Under the pieces are notes generated by a model. It was not told where the DNA came from and made no database searches. It was given only the letters and a program-made list of their open reading frames with translations. A DNA stretch of 64,000 nucleotides from Octopus sinensis (Eukaryota), in assembly GCF_006345805.1 (NCBI RefSeq), contig NW_021833102.1, positions 1 through 64,000 on the forward strand, read 5' to 3'. This document shows positions 41,990-54,128 of the stretch, in pieces. The translations under genes were made by a program, and so were the position numbers. The stretch's first letter is position 1; each line of letters begins with the position of its first letter.

Positions 41990-42842
41990 TCAATTCACTA
42001 AACAGGAAAGTAGTCCATATCACCTTACCCAGGTAGACTAAGGCCCTCTGACAGAACACTTTGCTTTCTTAAGAGAAGTGTTAAGATAATCCTCATTGCA
42101 AGGCCTCCAATATAGCAGAATAAGTTGATGTCAGTCCCAGAATAGCTGTCAGTTATCTCTGCAAAATTGGCTATTATGGCAGAGCAGCAAGAAAGAAGAC
42201 ACTGCTTCGACCAGCCAATATCAAATGGAGAAAAGATTGGACAAGTGAAACGGTAGAGAGGTCACTAGCACTTTGGGACACTGTCAAATTCTCTGATGAA
42301 TCCAGATTTGCTGTATTTTCTGACACTGGTTGAATGTGGGTCTGGAGAATCAGTCACCAATATTTTCACGTGAATATATTGCAGCCAACAATGAAACATG
42401 TGATGGTCTGGAGAGCAGTTTGGAGCAATAGTCAATCAGAAATGGTGGAATGTGAGGGATACATAAACTCATATGTGTCCATATTATAGAAAAATCTTCT
42501 TCCTATAACCTCCAGGGGTAAAATGATTAAATAACACTATTTATGGAAGATAGGGCTTTCTTGCACAACTAAAAGACCCAGGATTGGTTGGAAGAGAATG
42601 GCATTAAAAAGCTTCCATAGCTAAGCCAATCACCAGATATGAACCCTACTGAACACCTCTGAGGCATGATGGATGGGATACTTCCTAAAAAGAAAAAGAA
42701 AGCATCCTTAAAGCCAGATCTTTTGATATTACTGCAAGAAACTTGGCAAGAAAATCATGAAGAGAATATTCATCAGATCAGTAGCATGCCTGCTAGGGTC
42801 CTTGCATTCAAAAATGCAAGGAGCCTGTCTACTAAATATTAG
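41990..42842 (+). pseudogene. Tc1-family DDE transposase remnant
   Basis: Manual translation: GYYGRAARKKTLL...WDTVKFSDESRFAVFSDTG*MWVWR...PTMKHVMVW...SQSPDMNPTEHL*...SMPARV...STKY*. Multiple stops. No terminal inverted repeats identified. Confidence 0.85.
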
Positions 42843-43199
42843 ATATTCACATTATTATTAATAAATAATTTAAATAAATTTTAACAATTATAAGGATGTC
42901 TATTTAATTCTGTCATGTCTATGTAGTTTTTGAAGCAAAACACAATGGAAACATTAATATTAAGACCTTTTCAAAAATCTCTCTCAAGCTTTTCATGCAC
43001 ACTAAGATTTTATTGACATTCATTCAAATTCACTCATTCCAACATGAAACAATTTTTTCCATCAAAAACTTTGTGATGTTTTCACTTTCTCTAATTTGAT
43101 CTAGATCCTCTAAGTGTCTCTAATGCATTCATGCCTTAATTTCGATTTGTTGCCTAGATTTTTCCTCAGGGCCAACTCACCAAACAGAAATTAATGAGA

Positions 43200-43620
43200 G
43201 ACCTAACTGCCTTTCATCTTGATCACATAAATACTCCCACATATTTGGTGCTCAAATACAGCATGCTCCACACTAGGAGATTGACAGTTACCCAGTATAT
43301 GCAAAAATCGAACACATTTGCAGTACTAAACAAGCCATTACTATTGCATTTTCTGGCTTCAAGTATGAAGATTTTATAAGCAGAAAGAACACTGCACAGA
43401 AGCTTTTTTCATGAAAGATAAAATATTAGTCTTTTTTTTCTCTTCAGAGGAACACATGGTTGGAGGGTAGACACTTACTAAGGTAACAAATCTCTTGTTT
43501 GACAATGGCAATCTCACTGACATCAAGGTAATCAGTAAATCCAGAGAGTTCATAATCTTAGATGCCAATATTTCACAAACATTCAATGGTCTGTACTCTC
43601 TTGCAGTAGCAAGATGACAC
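43200..43620 (-). mobile_element. Old RTE-type APE endonuclease remnant
   Basis: Minus-strand LMSVRLPLSNKRFVTLVSVYPPTMCSSEEKK and a downstream KCNSNG-like segment. Confidence 0.6.
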
Positions 43621-44644
43621 ATAGGCCCAGGCTGCAATACTGTGGGACACCTTCACTATCCATTCCACATCCCTTCTTGACATTACTCTAAATTATTTTG
43701 ATTTTTCAATGAGTATTTTGCACTTTTTGTCAACAGTACCTATAACATGCATCACATAATTGATATGGTGTATACACACACATGCAATAAGCATCATATA
43801 GTTCCCATCAACCACTTTCACTAAAAATGCATTTGTTGGTCCCTACCTATAGTCGAAGACTCTTGCCCAAAATGACACACAGTAGAACTAGACCCTAAAC
43901 CATGGTATTGGGAAACAAACATATTTTACATTTGCAAACATATATGTCTTATGAAAATTGTTCAATATACACAGAGAAACAGTTGTTCAATTTACAAACA
44001 GCTATGGTTAACTAACAAAAAACTTAATTTAACAAAAAAATTATGTATTTACATACAGGTGAAGCTTCTTGCTTGGTAAAATCTACATGTATAAAGAAAA
44101 GTCTACATGTATAAACTGTTGTGGTGAGAGTCATTGGCACCCCTATGGGATTGGAAGAATGGACTAGCAAAACTCTTATAAAAAAATTAGCATATTGGTT
44201 GAGACAAAGAGAGTCATTGGGAGTTCATGGAAGTTGTTGACATTGTTCAGAGTTTCTATTTATTAGAAGTATTGTGTTTAGTAGAGTAATCTGAAGTGGG
44301 TTGTGTGAAGACAGTTGTGTCTATCCCCGCTTCGTGAAATTTGCATATCCAACATATAGAAAGATATAAAATAAACAAAAGTTCGCATGTAAACCAATAA
44401 GTGTAATCATTCATTTTTTAACCCTGAAAGTAAAAATGAAAAACATCCTAATAGTAGCGAAAGGAAAATTTTGGCTTTAATATCAGTTCAATACTCTTTA
44501 TTTGAAGTGACAAGCAGCCAAGAATTTGGCAAATGGAAACTTTTACATGTCTCATGTTACATGCATATATATGCATGCTTGCACCCAGTTTCTGTGCACA
44601 TCTATAGACTGTTAACTTTTTTTTTCCTTTGCATGCAACTCTTT

Positions 44645-45130
44645 TGGTGTTTTTTATGTGCCACCGACACAGGTGCCAGACGAGGCTGGCAGACGGCCAC
44701 GCTCGGATGGTGTTTGTTACGTGCCCTCAGCACGGAGGCCAGTCGATGCGGTACTGGCTACGGTCACGTTCGGATGGTTTTCTTATGTGCCACCGGCACT
44801 GGTACCACAAGGATACAAATTCCATTGATGTTCATCTATTTTGATTTGGTTTGATTTGATTTGATTTTCACTTGCCTCAACAGGTCTTCACAAGTGTCAC
44901 AAGAAGGAAGGTATGCACAGGTGGACTGACTATGTCCCAGGTAGGGGCCACGGGTTATGGCTTCACTAGTCTTGCCGGGTCTTCTCACGCACAGCATACT
45001 TCCATAGGTCTCGGTCTCTAGTCATTTCCATGGTGAGACCTAACGTCCGAAGGTCGTGCTTCACCACCTCGTCCCAGGTTTTCCTGGGTCTACCTCTTCC
45101 ACGGGTTCCCTCAACTGCTAGGGATTGGCA
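44645..45130 (-). mobile_element. RTE-clade LINE 3' fragment (ORF C-terminus plus 3' UTR)
   Basis: Matches 55626-55790 (GRGRPRKTWDEVVKHDLRTLG) and the RTE 3' UTR. Confidence 0.85.
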
Positions 45131-45235
45131 TCCCTATACCTATATATATATATATATATATATTCATGTATATGTAGGCACAAGACCTCACGAAACATGT
45201 GTGTGTATATATATATATATTTATATATATAGCCT

Positions 45236-45640
45236 TGAAATCAAAATCGATGACTGGCATCCGTGCTAGTGGAGCGCTAAGAGTACCATATGAGCATCAT
45301 CGTTGCCAGAGCAACAAGCTAGCATTCGTGCTGGTGGCACATAAAAGACACCGTTCGGCGTGATCATTACCTGCGTTCCCTTACTAGCACTTGTGCTGGT
45401 GGCATGTGAACAAAACATTCGAGCGAGGTCATTGCCAGTGCCGCTGGCACATAAAAAGCACCATTTGAGCATAGCCGTTGTCGGTACTAACTGACTGGCC
45501 TTCATGCTGGTGGCACATAAAACCACCCACGGGCATCCAACTGCAGAAACTCTGCCAGATCAGACTGGAATCTGGTTTGCCAGACCTCAGTCAAATCATC
45601 CAGCCCATGCCAGCATGGAAAGCAGACATTAAACAATGAT
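45236..45640 (+). mobile_element. RTE 3' UTR or RTE-tailed SINE fragment
   Basis: Ends GCCCATGCCAGCATGGAAAGCAGACATTAAACAATGATGAT, as in the other RTE tails. Confidence 0.75.
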
Positions 45641-45727
45641 GATATTTATATCTAGCCAAAGATATATATATATATATATATTATGCGTGTGTTTGTGTGT
45701 GTAAATATATATATATATATACATAGC

Positions 45728-46017
45728 AACATCATCGTTTAACGTCCGTTTTCCATGCTAGCACAGCTTGGACAGTCCGACTGGGGTCTATGAAGCCAGG
45801 AATCTGCAACAGGCTCCAGTCTGATCTGGCAGTGTTTCTACAGCACGATGCCCTTCCTAACGCCAACCACTTCGTGAGTGTAGTGGGTGCTTTTTATGGT
45901 CCAGGGCAAGCTGGCAGCGGCCACAATTGGTTAGTGCTTTTTACGTGTCACTGGCACAGAAGCCAGTCAGGGTGGTGCTGGCATCAGCCACATTCGGATG
46001 GTGCTTTTTACATGCCA
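45728..46017 (-). mobile_element. RTE 3' tail fragment
   Basis: CATCATCGTTTAACGTCCGTTTTCCATGCTAGC...GATGCCCTTCCTAACGCCAACC is the reverse complement of the RTE 3' end. Confidence 0.85.
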
Positions 46018-46019
46018 TA

Positions 46020-47051
46020 TCTTTATATATATATAAAACTGAGAATGTGTGTCTGTCTGTCTGTCTGTCTGTGTGTTTCCCTAAAACTTGAGAACTACAC
46101 AACCAATTTCATTCAAATTTTACACATGCCTTACTTAGGGTCCATGTAGTTTCATAGGCAAAAAAGAATGTTCGACTTCTTGCCTAGAGCGATCCCTTAG
46201 CAATATCATATCTTCTCCACTATTTCAGTATTACGTGTTAAAAGTGAAACAAAAACATTTCTCTATTTTATGTCAGATACTTTCACTTTAACAATAAAAA
46301 TAATAATAACAATTGAATTATATGTAGTAAGTAATAATTAAAATCAAACTAAAGTATCATATAATCGTAACATAACAAAAGTAAAAATAGTAATTGGTAT
46401 CAAATTGCATCAATGACTTGAACTGGAATAAGTGGTTTCACATGAATGGGAATAAATTAAAAATAAAATTAGCGTGCAGAAATGGAATAGTCCAGATGGA
46501 TAATAAAAAATTAAATTAAAGAAAAGACTATTGTCTATAAAGTATACAATGTAGAGAAAAAAGATTTGAACACAAGGAGGAAAGCACGTTCGAAAAGTGT
46601 CTTGGTGCAACTATGAAAAATATCTAATCAGAGGCAGTAAATTCGCCACAATAAAAGCAAGGTTCGAGTCAACGGAGTGTGCAAGGGAGTACCTGATTCG
46701 AACTTGCAAAGTGGAAATATTTTGTTTTTACTTTTATATCTGGGACGTAGGACGTCCCGGAAAAAATTTTTTAATTTACTCTCCCACCCCAGAAGTAGAG
46801 GTAGGCTGGATTGTAGCCACACTTCTATACAAGAGGGAGGACAAGATACAATTGATCGAATTTACAAGAGACGGGCTAACAATTCCAGTCTGTTATATAT
46901 TTTGAGTATTGTTATCACTAGCAATATCAAGATATAACTTTGTATTTTGTATTTTATGTGTAGATGTATATATATAGATGTACATGTAATATGTACACAT
47001 ATATACATGCACAAGCACTATGACCCGGCAACGACGGGTCTTTAATGCTAG
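46020..47051 (+). mobile_element. Non-autonomous Helitron, ~1.03 kb
   Basis: 5' TC at 46020 after A46019. A (CTGT)n stretch lies near the 5' end. A GC-rich hairpin GACCCG-gcaacga-CGGGTC (47022-47040) sits 7 nt before CTAG (47048-47051), followed by T. This is the canonical A|TC...CTAG|T pattern. Confidence 0.85.
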
Positions 47052-47337
47052 TATATATATATTTATGTGTTTTTAAATATATATATAATATGTGTTTGTA
47101 TATATATATATATATTTGCTGTCAACTTCAGTCGGAAAATGAATTCCAGCTAAGCAATTTTTTAACTTAATTGAGCCTGTATCTACCGGAAATATTTCTA
47201 TGCAATTGATGATCTTTAGTTTCCCATGTTTTATCTCTATTTATGTTATGACATTTTCACTGTTACTCTGTTTATTTCAGCCTCGCCTCGTGTTATATAT
47301 TATGTATAATTCATTAGTTCTTCTCAAATATATTGTT

Positions 47338-48482
47338 GTTTCTCAGGGAGAAAAACTAGAAATAGTTGATAGCTTCCGTTACCTAGGTGACCAAGTCAGT
47401 AGTGGGGGCGGGTGTGCTGAAAGTGTAACTGGTAGAGTAAGAATAGCCTGGGCAAAGTTAGAGAGCTTTTACCTCTGCTGGTGACAAAAGGCCTCTCGCT
47501 CAGAGTAAAAGGCAGACTGTATCATGCATGTGTACGAACAGCCAGGCTACATGGCAGTGAAACATGGGCCGTGACAGCTGAGAATATGCGTAAGCTCGCA
47601 AGAAATGAAGCCAGTATGCTCCAATGGATGTGTAATGTCAGTGTTCATACTCGACAGAGTGTAAGTACCTTGAGAGAAAAGTTGGACCTAAGAAGCATCA
47701 GTTGTGGTGTGCAAGAGAGACATTTGCGCTGGTATGATCATGTGACAAGAATGGATGAAGATAGTTGGGTGAAAAAGTGCCACACCCAAGCAGTTGAGGG
47801 AACCCATGGAAGAGGTAGACCCAGGGAAACCTGGGACGAGGTGGTGAAGCACGACCTTCGAACTTTAGGTTTCACCGAGACCTATGGAAGTATGATGTGC
47901 GTGAGAAGACCCGGCAGGACTAGTGAGACCATAACCCATGGCCTCTACCTGGGATGTAGCCGGTCCACTTATGCAAACCTTTCCTTCTTGGGACACAAAA
48001 CTCTACTTGTGAAGACCTGTTGAGGCAATTGAGAATCAGAATCAAAATCAAAATCGATCAACATCAATGGAAATTGTAGCTGTGATACCAGTATCGGTGG
48101 CATGTAAGAGAACCATCCGAACTGCTCCGACTGGCCTTCGTGCCGGTGGCATGTAAAAAGCACCATCCGATCGTGGCTGTTGCCAGCTTCCCCTGGCCTC
48201 CATGCTGGTGGCACGTAAAAAGCACCATCCAATCGTGGCCGTTTGCCAGCTTCCCCTGGCCTCCATGCCGGTGGCACGTAAAAAGCACCATCCGATCGTG
48301 GCCGTTTGCCAGCCTCGTCTGGCACCTGTGCTGGTGGTACGTAAAAAGCACCCACTACACTCACGGAGTGGTTGGCGTTCAAAAATTGCCAGATCAGACT
48401 GGGCCTGGTGCAGCCTTCTGGCTTCCCAGTTGAATCGTCCAACCCTTGCTAGCATGGAAAGCGGACGCTAAACGATGATGAT
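47338..48482 (+). mobile_element. RTE-clade LINE 3' half
   Basis: QGEKLEIVDSFRYLGDQVSSGGG and ORF 47481-48023 (KGRLYHACVRT...GSETW...GRGRPRETW), followed by the 3' UTR and a (GAT)n tail. Confidence 0.92.
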
Positions 48483-49280
48483 TTATCTGTAAAATCTTAT
48501 TTAGCCTTAAGATATATCTTAAAAGATTTCAGTAACAAGCATAATCACAATGTCTAATCAATAAACTTTCAATATATAGACTCCATTTTTAATTTTTCTA
48601 ACATTTATTCTTTTTTCTTTGGGGAGAGTCAGGTGAGACTGGTTGACTTTTTGTTTCCAGTGAATGTTAGACATATTTATTTTCATCATTGATAATAACA
48701 AATACAGAAAAAAAATAATGATAGCTAACAAACAAAAATGTCTGAAAAACATCTCCAATAATGATTCTACGTACAACTGTCTTCTATTAAAATAAAAGAG
48801 TAATTCCTAGAAGCCTTGACAGTTTCTTGCTTATAAAATATTTGTGGATGTGTAGATATATTTGCATGTGTGTGTGTAGACAGACAGACAGATAGATAGA
48901 TAAATGAACAGATAGACAGATTGGTTGATATGAGCGTGTGTACATGTACTGGAAATTCGAAATATAAGTTAAATACTAAAAATAAATGTTTCCAGCCATT
49001 TATGAAGTGTTATTATCACAGAATTAACTCTGGTTTTCAAAACTTAAAAATTAAGTCCATTCCCAACTATTTTCAATTATTATTTTCCATCATTATATTA
49101 TTACATTCATAAAGACAGATATTTAACATGTTCAAACATTCTTAGCCTAGCCTTTCTCCACAAGCATATTTTACCATTCTTCATAGAATAACTTTTTTTG
49201 CTTCCTATGAAAGGATTAGAGTTTTCAAATTAAATTATAACTATTTCCTAAATTTTTTTGTTTACATACAATTTTTCTAT

Positions 49281-50650
49281 GTGGCGGAAGTTGTTCTCTC
49301 TGCATTTTTAGTGTTTATTGCTCCCGAGCATCTGCCACATACAAAAACTATCTTCCCCGTTAGCCTTCCTTTGATATTACTGCACCTCTTATGTGTCCAT
49401 AGTTTACACTGGGTACATCTTATAGAGCTTCTACCTACGCCTCTACTTCAGATCGAGCAGAGCCATCTACCTGAAGGGATTTGTGGTTTGCGTGCCTTCC
49501 TACTTATTAGGACTTTGATTTTAGCTAGGTTGATTTTAAGGCCCTTCGATTCTAATCCTTGTTTACACACTTGAAACTTCTCCTCCAGTTCTAATAGTGA
49601 CTCAGCAATTAGAGCAAGGTCATCAGCAAAGAGGAGCTCCCAGGGGCATCCTGTCTTGAATTCCTCCGTTATTGCCTGCAGGACTATGATAGATAGGTAG
49701 GGGCTGAGGAGTGAACCTTGGTGGACCCCTACCTCTACCCTGAATTCTTCAGTGTACTCGTTGCCAACTCTCACCTTACTTACAGTGTCCCTGTACATGG
49801 CTCGCACAGCTCTCACTAACCATTCATCTATCCCTAGTTTCCTCATTGACCACCAGATAAGGGATCGAGGGACCCTGTCAAAGGCTTTCTCCATGTCAAC
49901 GAAAGCCAGGTACAGGGGCTTATCTTTGGCTAGGTATTTCTCCTGCAGCTTTCTTACCAGAAATATGGCATCAGTGGTGCTTTTTCCTGGCACAAAACCA
50001 AACTGCATCTCATCCAAGCTGACACTCTCCCTAATCAGTTGGGCTATGACCCTCTCCGTAACCTTCATTACCTGATCCAACAGCTTGATACCTCTGTAAT
50101 TATTTATATCTAAAGCGTCACCTTTACCTTTGTAGCAGTTGATTATTATGCTGCTACACCAGTCATTGGGTATGACTCCTTCGTGTATCAACTGGTTAAC
50201 TATACGGGTGACCAGGCTATAACCAACACTGCCAGATATTTTGAGCATCTCTGCAGTAATTCCTGATGGGCCTGAGGCTTTTCCTGTCTTCATACTTCTA
50301 AATTACCTTATCTACCAAGGTACTGTCAACTCGGATAGCTGGTCCCTCAGTTGGGTCGACATTCGGCAGACTCTCTTTCTCTCATTCATTGTCTTTATTC
50401 AGCAACCTTTCATAGTGGCGTCTCCAAACCTCTCTCTTTGCAGCCACATTTAGCGCAAGTGAACCATTATCCATACGAACACATTTCTCTCCTACCACAT
50501 CACGATTCTCTCTCACACACTGTCTTGCAACACGAAATACCTCAAGCCTTTTGTCCTCACGGCGCAGAACATTGGCAAATTTTTTCTTATCTGCTTCTCC
50601 TCTGGCTAAATAAACCTGCCTCCTAGCTTCCCTTCTGGCAGTCTGACACA
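49281..50650 (-). mobile_element. RTE-clade LINE RT-containing segment
   Basis: ORF 49448-50293: GKASGPSGI, NYRGIKLL, QFGFVPG, FVDMEKAFDRV, GVHQGSLLSP, LLFADDL. The upstream frame 50382-50708 is the pre-RT region. Confidence 0.95.
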
Positions 50651-51039
50651 CTTCACCCATATAGTTAATCAGGATGTATAGAAAGGTATTATACCCAATG
50701 ACTGGCATAGCAGCATTGAAGTCAACTGTTATAGGAAGACAGACGTTAAATGATGTTGATATATTTTTTAGTAGACATAACTGACTTCTACACGTCCTTC
50801 ATGGATGATTCTATGATCCACAAAAACAGATGAATTATATCCAAAATGCTAATGTTGCTGCTACCAAAAGGTATTGAGGACTTGATGCTTTTTGTTTCAG
50901 TAGAGTTGCCCTTCCAACTATAATCATCCTTATTTCTTTTAAATCTCTGAATTATCACCATTATCCCATTGCATGACATTTTGAGTCTATTGGGTACCTG
51001 GAAAATGAATAAAACCAGTCGTGTGTATGTGTATATATA

Positions 51040-51146
51040 TGAGTGGCTGTGTGGTAAGTAGCTTGCTTACGAACCTTCCGGATTCTATCCCACTGCATGG
51101 TACCTTGTGAGTGGATTTGGTAGACGGAAACTGAAGAAGACCGTCG

Positions 51147-51183
<37 letters not shown>

Positions 51184-51330
51184 AGTGTGTGTATGTATAT
51201 GTTTGCCCCCCCCAACACCGCTTGGCAACCGATGCTGTGTTTACGGCAAAAGAGACCGATAGAATAAGTACTAGGCTTACAAAGAATAAGTCCTGGGGTC
51301 GATTTGCTCGACCAAAGTCGGTGATCCAGC
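51040..51330 (+). mobile_element. tRNA-derived SINE with internal deletions
   Basis: GGCTGTGTGGTAAGTAGCTTGCTTACGAACC...GAGACCGATAGAATAAGTACTAGGCTTAC. Confidence 0.8.
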
Positions 51331-51964
51331 AAAAAAGAGAGAAAAACACGTTTTCACTCTCTAAATAACGATTTCTTTCATAAACAACTAAGTTGATTTG
51401 TTATTGGGCTCCTTGTATGGATCTGAGAGTAATTTGACTGCTATTTCTAGCCACCCCACGTTAGCCTTGTTAATCATGTGAACGTCTAAACGTGTGTGTG
51501 TGTGTGTGTGTGAAGGTAGGTGGTAGAAAAGGGTCTCTTGTTTAAGAATCAATATATTTATCCCAATACATCATAATTGACACAAAACTTAAGACAAAAA
51601 TATTAATAAATTCTTACTTTTTCGGAAATTCTTCTGTTGACTTCATTCACAATTCCTGTTTGTTTACAATCGTTACTCATTAAAATCCTTTTAAGTAATA
51701 TGTATTCATACAAGCTCAAACTTACAAACAATATTCAGTGAATAAACAAGGCAAATATTTTCAGATTGAAGACAGAAAAGTCCAGAAATTGAATTCAGAT
51801 TTTTTACAAACTCGCCGCCATTAATATTGAAACGACAATCCCACAATGCTTTGCGAAAAGTCAGAAACTCATTTGCAGCCGCTGTAGTTCCGTATTTGCT
51901 TCTTCTGACTTCATCTATTGCTGTCAAATTATTTATCTGTTAGAATCTGCTTCTCTCTCTCTCT

Positions 51965-52016
<52 letters not shown>

Positions 52017-52507
52017 TCATCCCTCACTCTATCAATTTTTTTCTAGAGTTACGAAGCATCACTAGGGGTGATTTTTCCCAAAGTCAAACGAAAAATCTCA
52101 AAATGTAATTCATTTACCTTCGTATATCGAGTGTAGAAAGTAACTTTCAATGAAATTTTTTTCCAGAAACCAAATATTTAACACAAATTGCTTTAAAACA
52201 ATCGAACGAGTCCATCGTCTTTCCATTATCTTTAACTTAAACATGGAGTTTAAGGTTTAAACTCTTGATTCCGATTTCAACGTCATGTTAGTTTCGTATT
52301 CGTATCAGACGAAATAACTGAGTTCAGATTTATTAAGAGAAGGTTAAAAACAGCAAAAAATATTTAAAAGTGTTTTTATTCAACGATATATATATATAAA
52401 TATATATATATACATATATATATATATATGCATACATATATATATGTATACATATATATATATGTATACATATATATATGTATACATATATATGTATACA
52501 TACATGC

Positions 52508-52538
<31 letters not shown>

Positions 52539-52897
52539 AATGAGATAGGGGTTGAAAATTCAACCACCATGGGATAATATATATCCAATATACTGCTAGA
52601 TAGGTACCCAACAAAATTAATACATAGATGTTAAAAATTGTCAAACAATCAGTTCATCTTTTGCATTATATGGGTAAAGGTAATAATATTACCGTAAATT
52701 AATACTACAAAATTAGAGAATGGAGAAATATACTTAAATCAGTAAAACATCAACTATCCGATGATACTCAATCCATACTTTAATACACCATTACATATGA
52801 GTAAAGGCAATACATAAAATGAAATGAGATATACAGTAATAGTAACAAGATAAAGAGATATAATTAAAAAATTTCAAATATAATATGCAAATAAATC

Positions 52898-53013
52898 AAA
52901 ACTGACAGCTGTTTCGGCAGTGAGGACAGTCATACCTCATTTAACCTATAAGCCATAAAGGCAGGTATAAATGAGGCATTAACAAGGATGCCCCACGGCC
53001 TCTTCAGAGAATT
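52898..53013 (-). ncRNA. Type I hammerhead ribozyme (left arm copy)
   Basis: Exact reverse complement of 54013-54128. Core CTGAAGA at 53007-53001. Predicted cleavage 3' of 52904. Confidence 0.8.
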
Positions 53014-53355
53014 AAATTAAATTTGTTATAATAGTGAAAAATATTATATAATCATATACATATAAATATAAAAATATAAAAATGTAAAATATAAAAACTT
53101 ATACATCATAAAGCTACACTTATATAATATAATACACATTTGTACAAAAAAGGAAGGTAAACAGAACAAAATAAAACAAAATATATAATAGTGTATATAT
53201 TAATATCAATAAGTACCGATATTATACATATTTGGCTAATAGTTTTTTTTATATATATAAAAAAAAGGCTAACATATATGGAGATGAAAAATAATAATTA
53301 AATCCGTGGTACAGTTCATAAGATTCTAAAGCTATAAAAGTTAATAAAAATTACT

Positions 53356-53392
<37 letters not shown>

Positions 53393-53613
53393 TAATAATA
53401 ATAATAAAATATAATAAAAATAGATACAGTTAAGTTAGCACCAAGTCCATCCTTACAAGATCGAAATAACTATGAGTTAAGAAATGCTGACCACTAGGTA
53501 AAGAAAAAATATTTTTTTCTTTACCTAGTGGTCAGCATTTCTTAACTCATAGTTATTTCGATCTTGTAAGGATGGACTTGGTGCTAACTTAACTGTATCT
53601 ATTTTTTATTATA

Positions 53614-53671
<58 letters not shown>

Positions 53672-54012
53672 AGTAATTTTTATTAACTTTTATAGCTTTA
53701 GAATCTTATGAACTGTACCACGGATTTAATTATTATTTTTCATCTCCATATATGTTAGCCTTTTTTTTATATATATAAAAAAAACTATTAGCCAAATATG
53801 TATAATATCGGTACTTATTGATATTAATATATACACTATTTTATATTTTGTTTTATTTTGTTCTGTTTACCTTCCTTTTTTGTACAAATGTGTATTATAT
53901 TATATAAGTGTAGCTTTATGATGTATAAGTTTTTATATTTTACATTTTTATATTTTTATATTTATATGTATATGATTATATAATATTTTTCACTATTATA
54001 ACAAATTAATTT

Positions 54013-54128
54013 AATTCTCTGAAGAGGCCGTGGGGCATCCTTGTTAATGCCTCATTTATACCTGCCTTTATGGCTTATAGGTTAAATGAGGTATGACTGT
54101 CCTCACTGCCGAAACAGCTGTCAGTTTT
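54013..54128 (+). ncRNA. Type I hammerhead ribozyme (right arm copy)
   Basis: CUGAAGA (54019-54025); helix II GGCCGUGGGG/CCUCACUGCC (9 of 10 pairs); GAA (54111-54113); helix III AC-AGCU-GU; C17 at 54122 in a GUC triplet. Helix I is weak (UC/AG, then 2 U-U mismatches, then AA/UU). Confidence 0.8.

Noticed and set aside
41690-43010. Terminal inverted repeats for the Tc1 remnant
   Set aside because: I could not find a matching pair by eye, so only the transposase region is reported.
53430-53500. Short peptide KLAPSPSLQDRNNYELRNADH next to the palindrome centre, reminiscent of LINE C-terminal YxLRN motifs
   Set aside because: It is too short and is bounded by stops and AT-rich sequence. It cannot be supported without a search.
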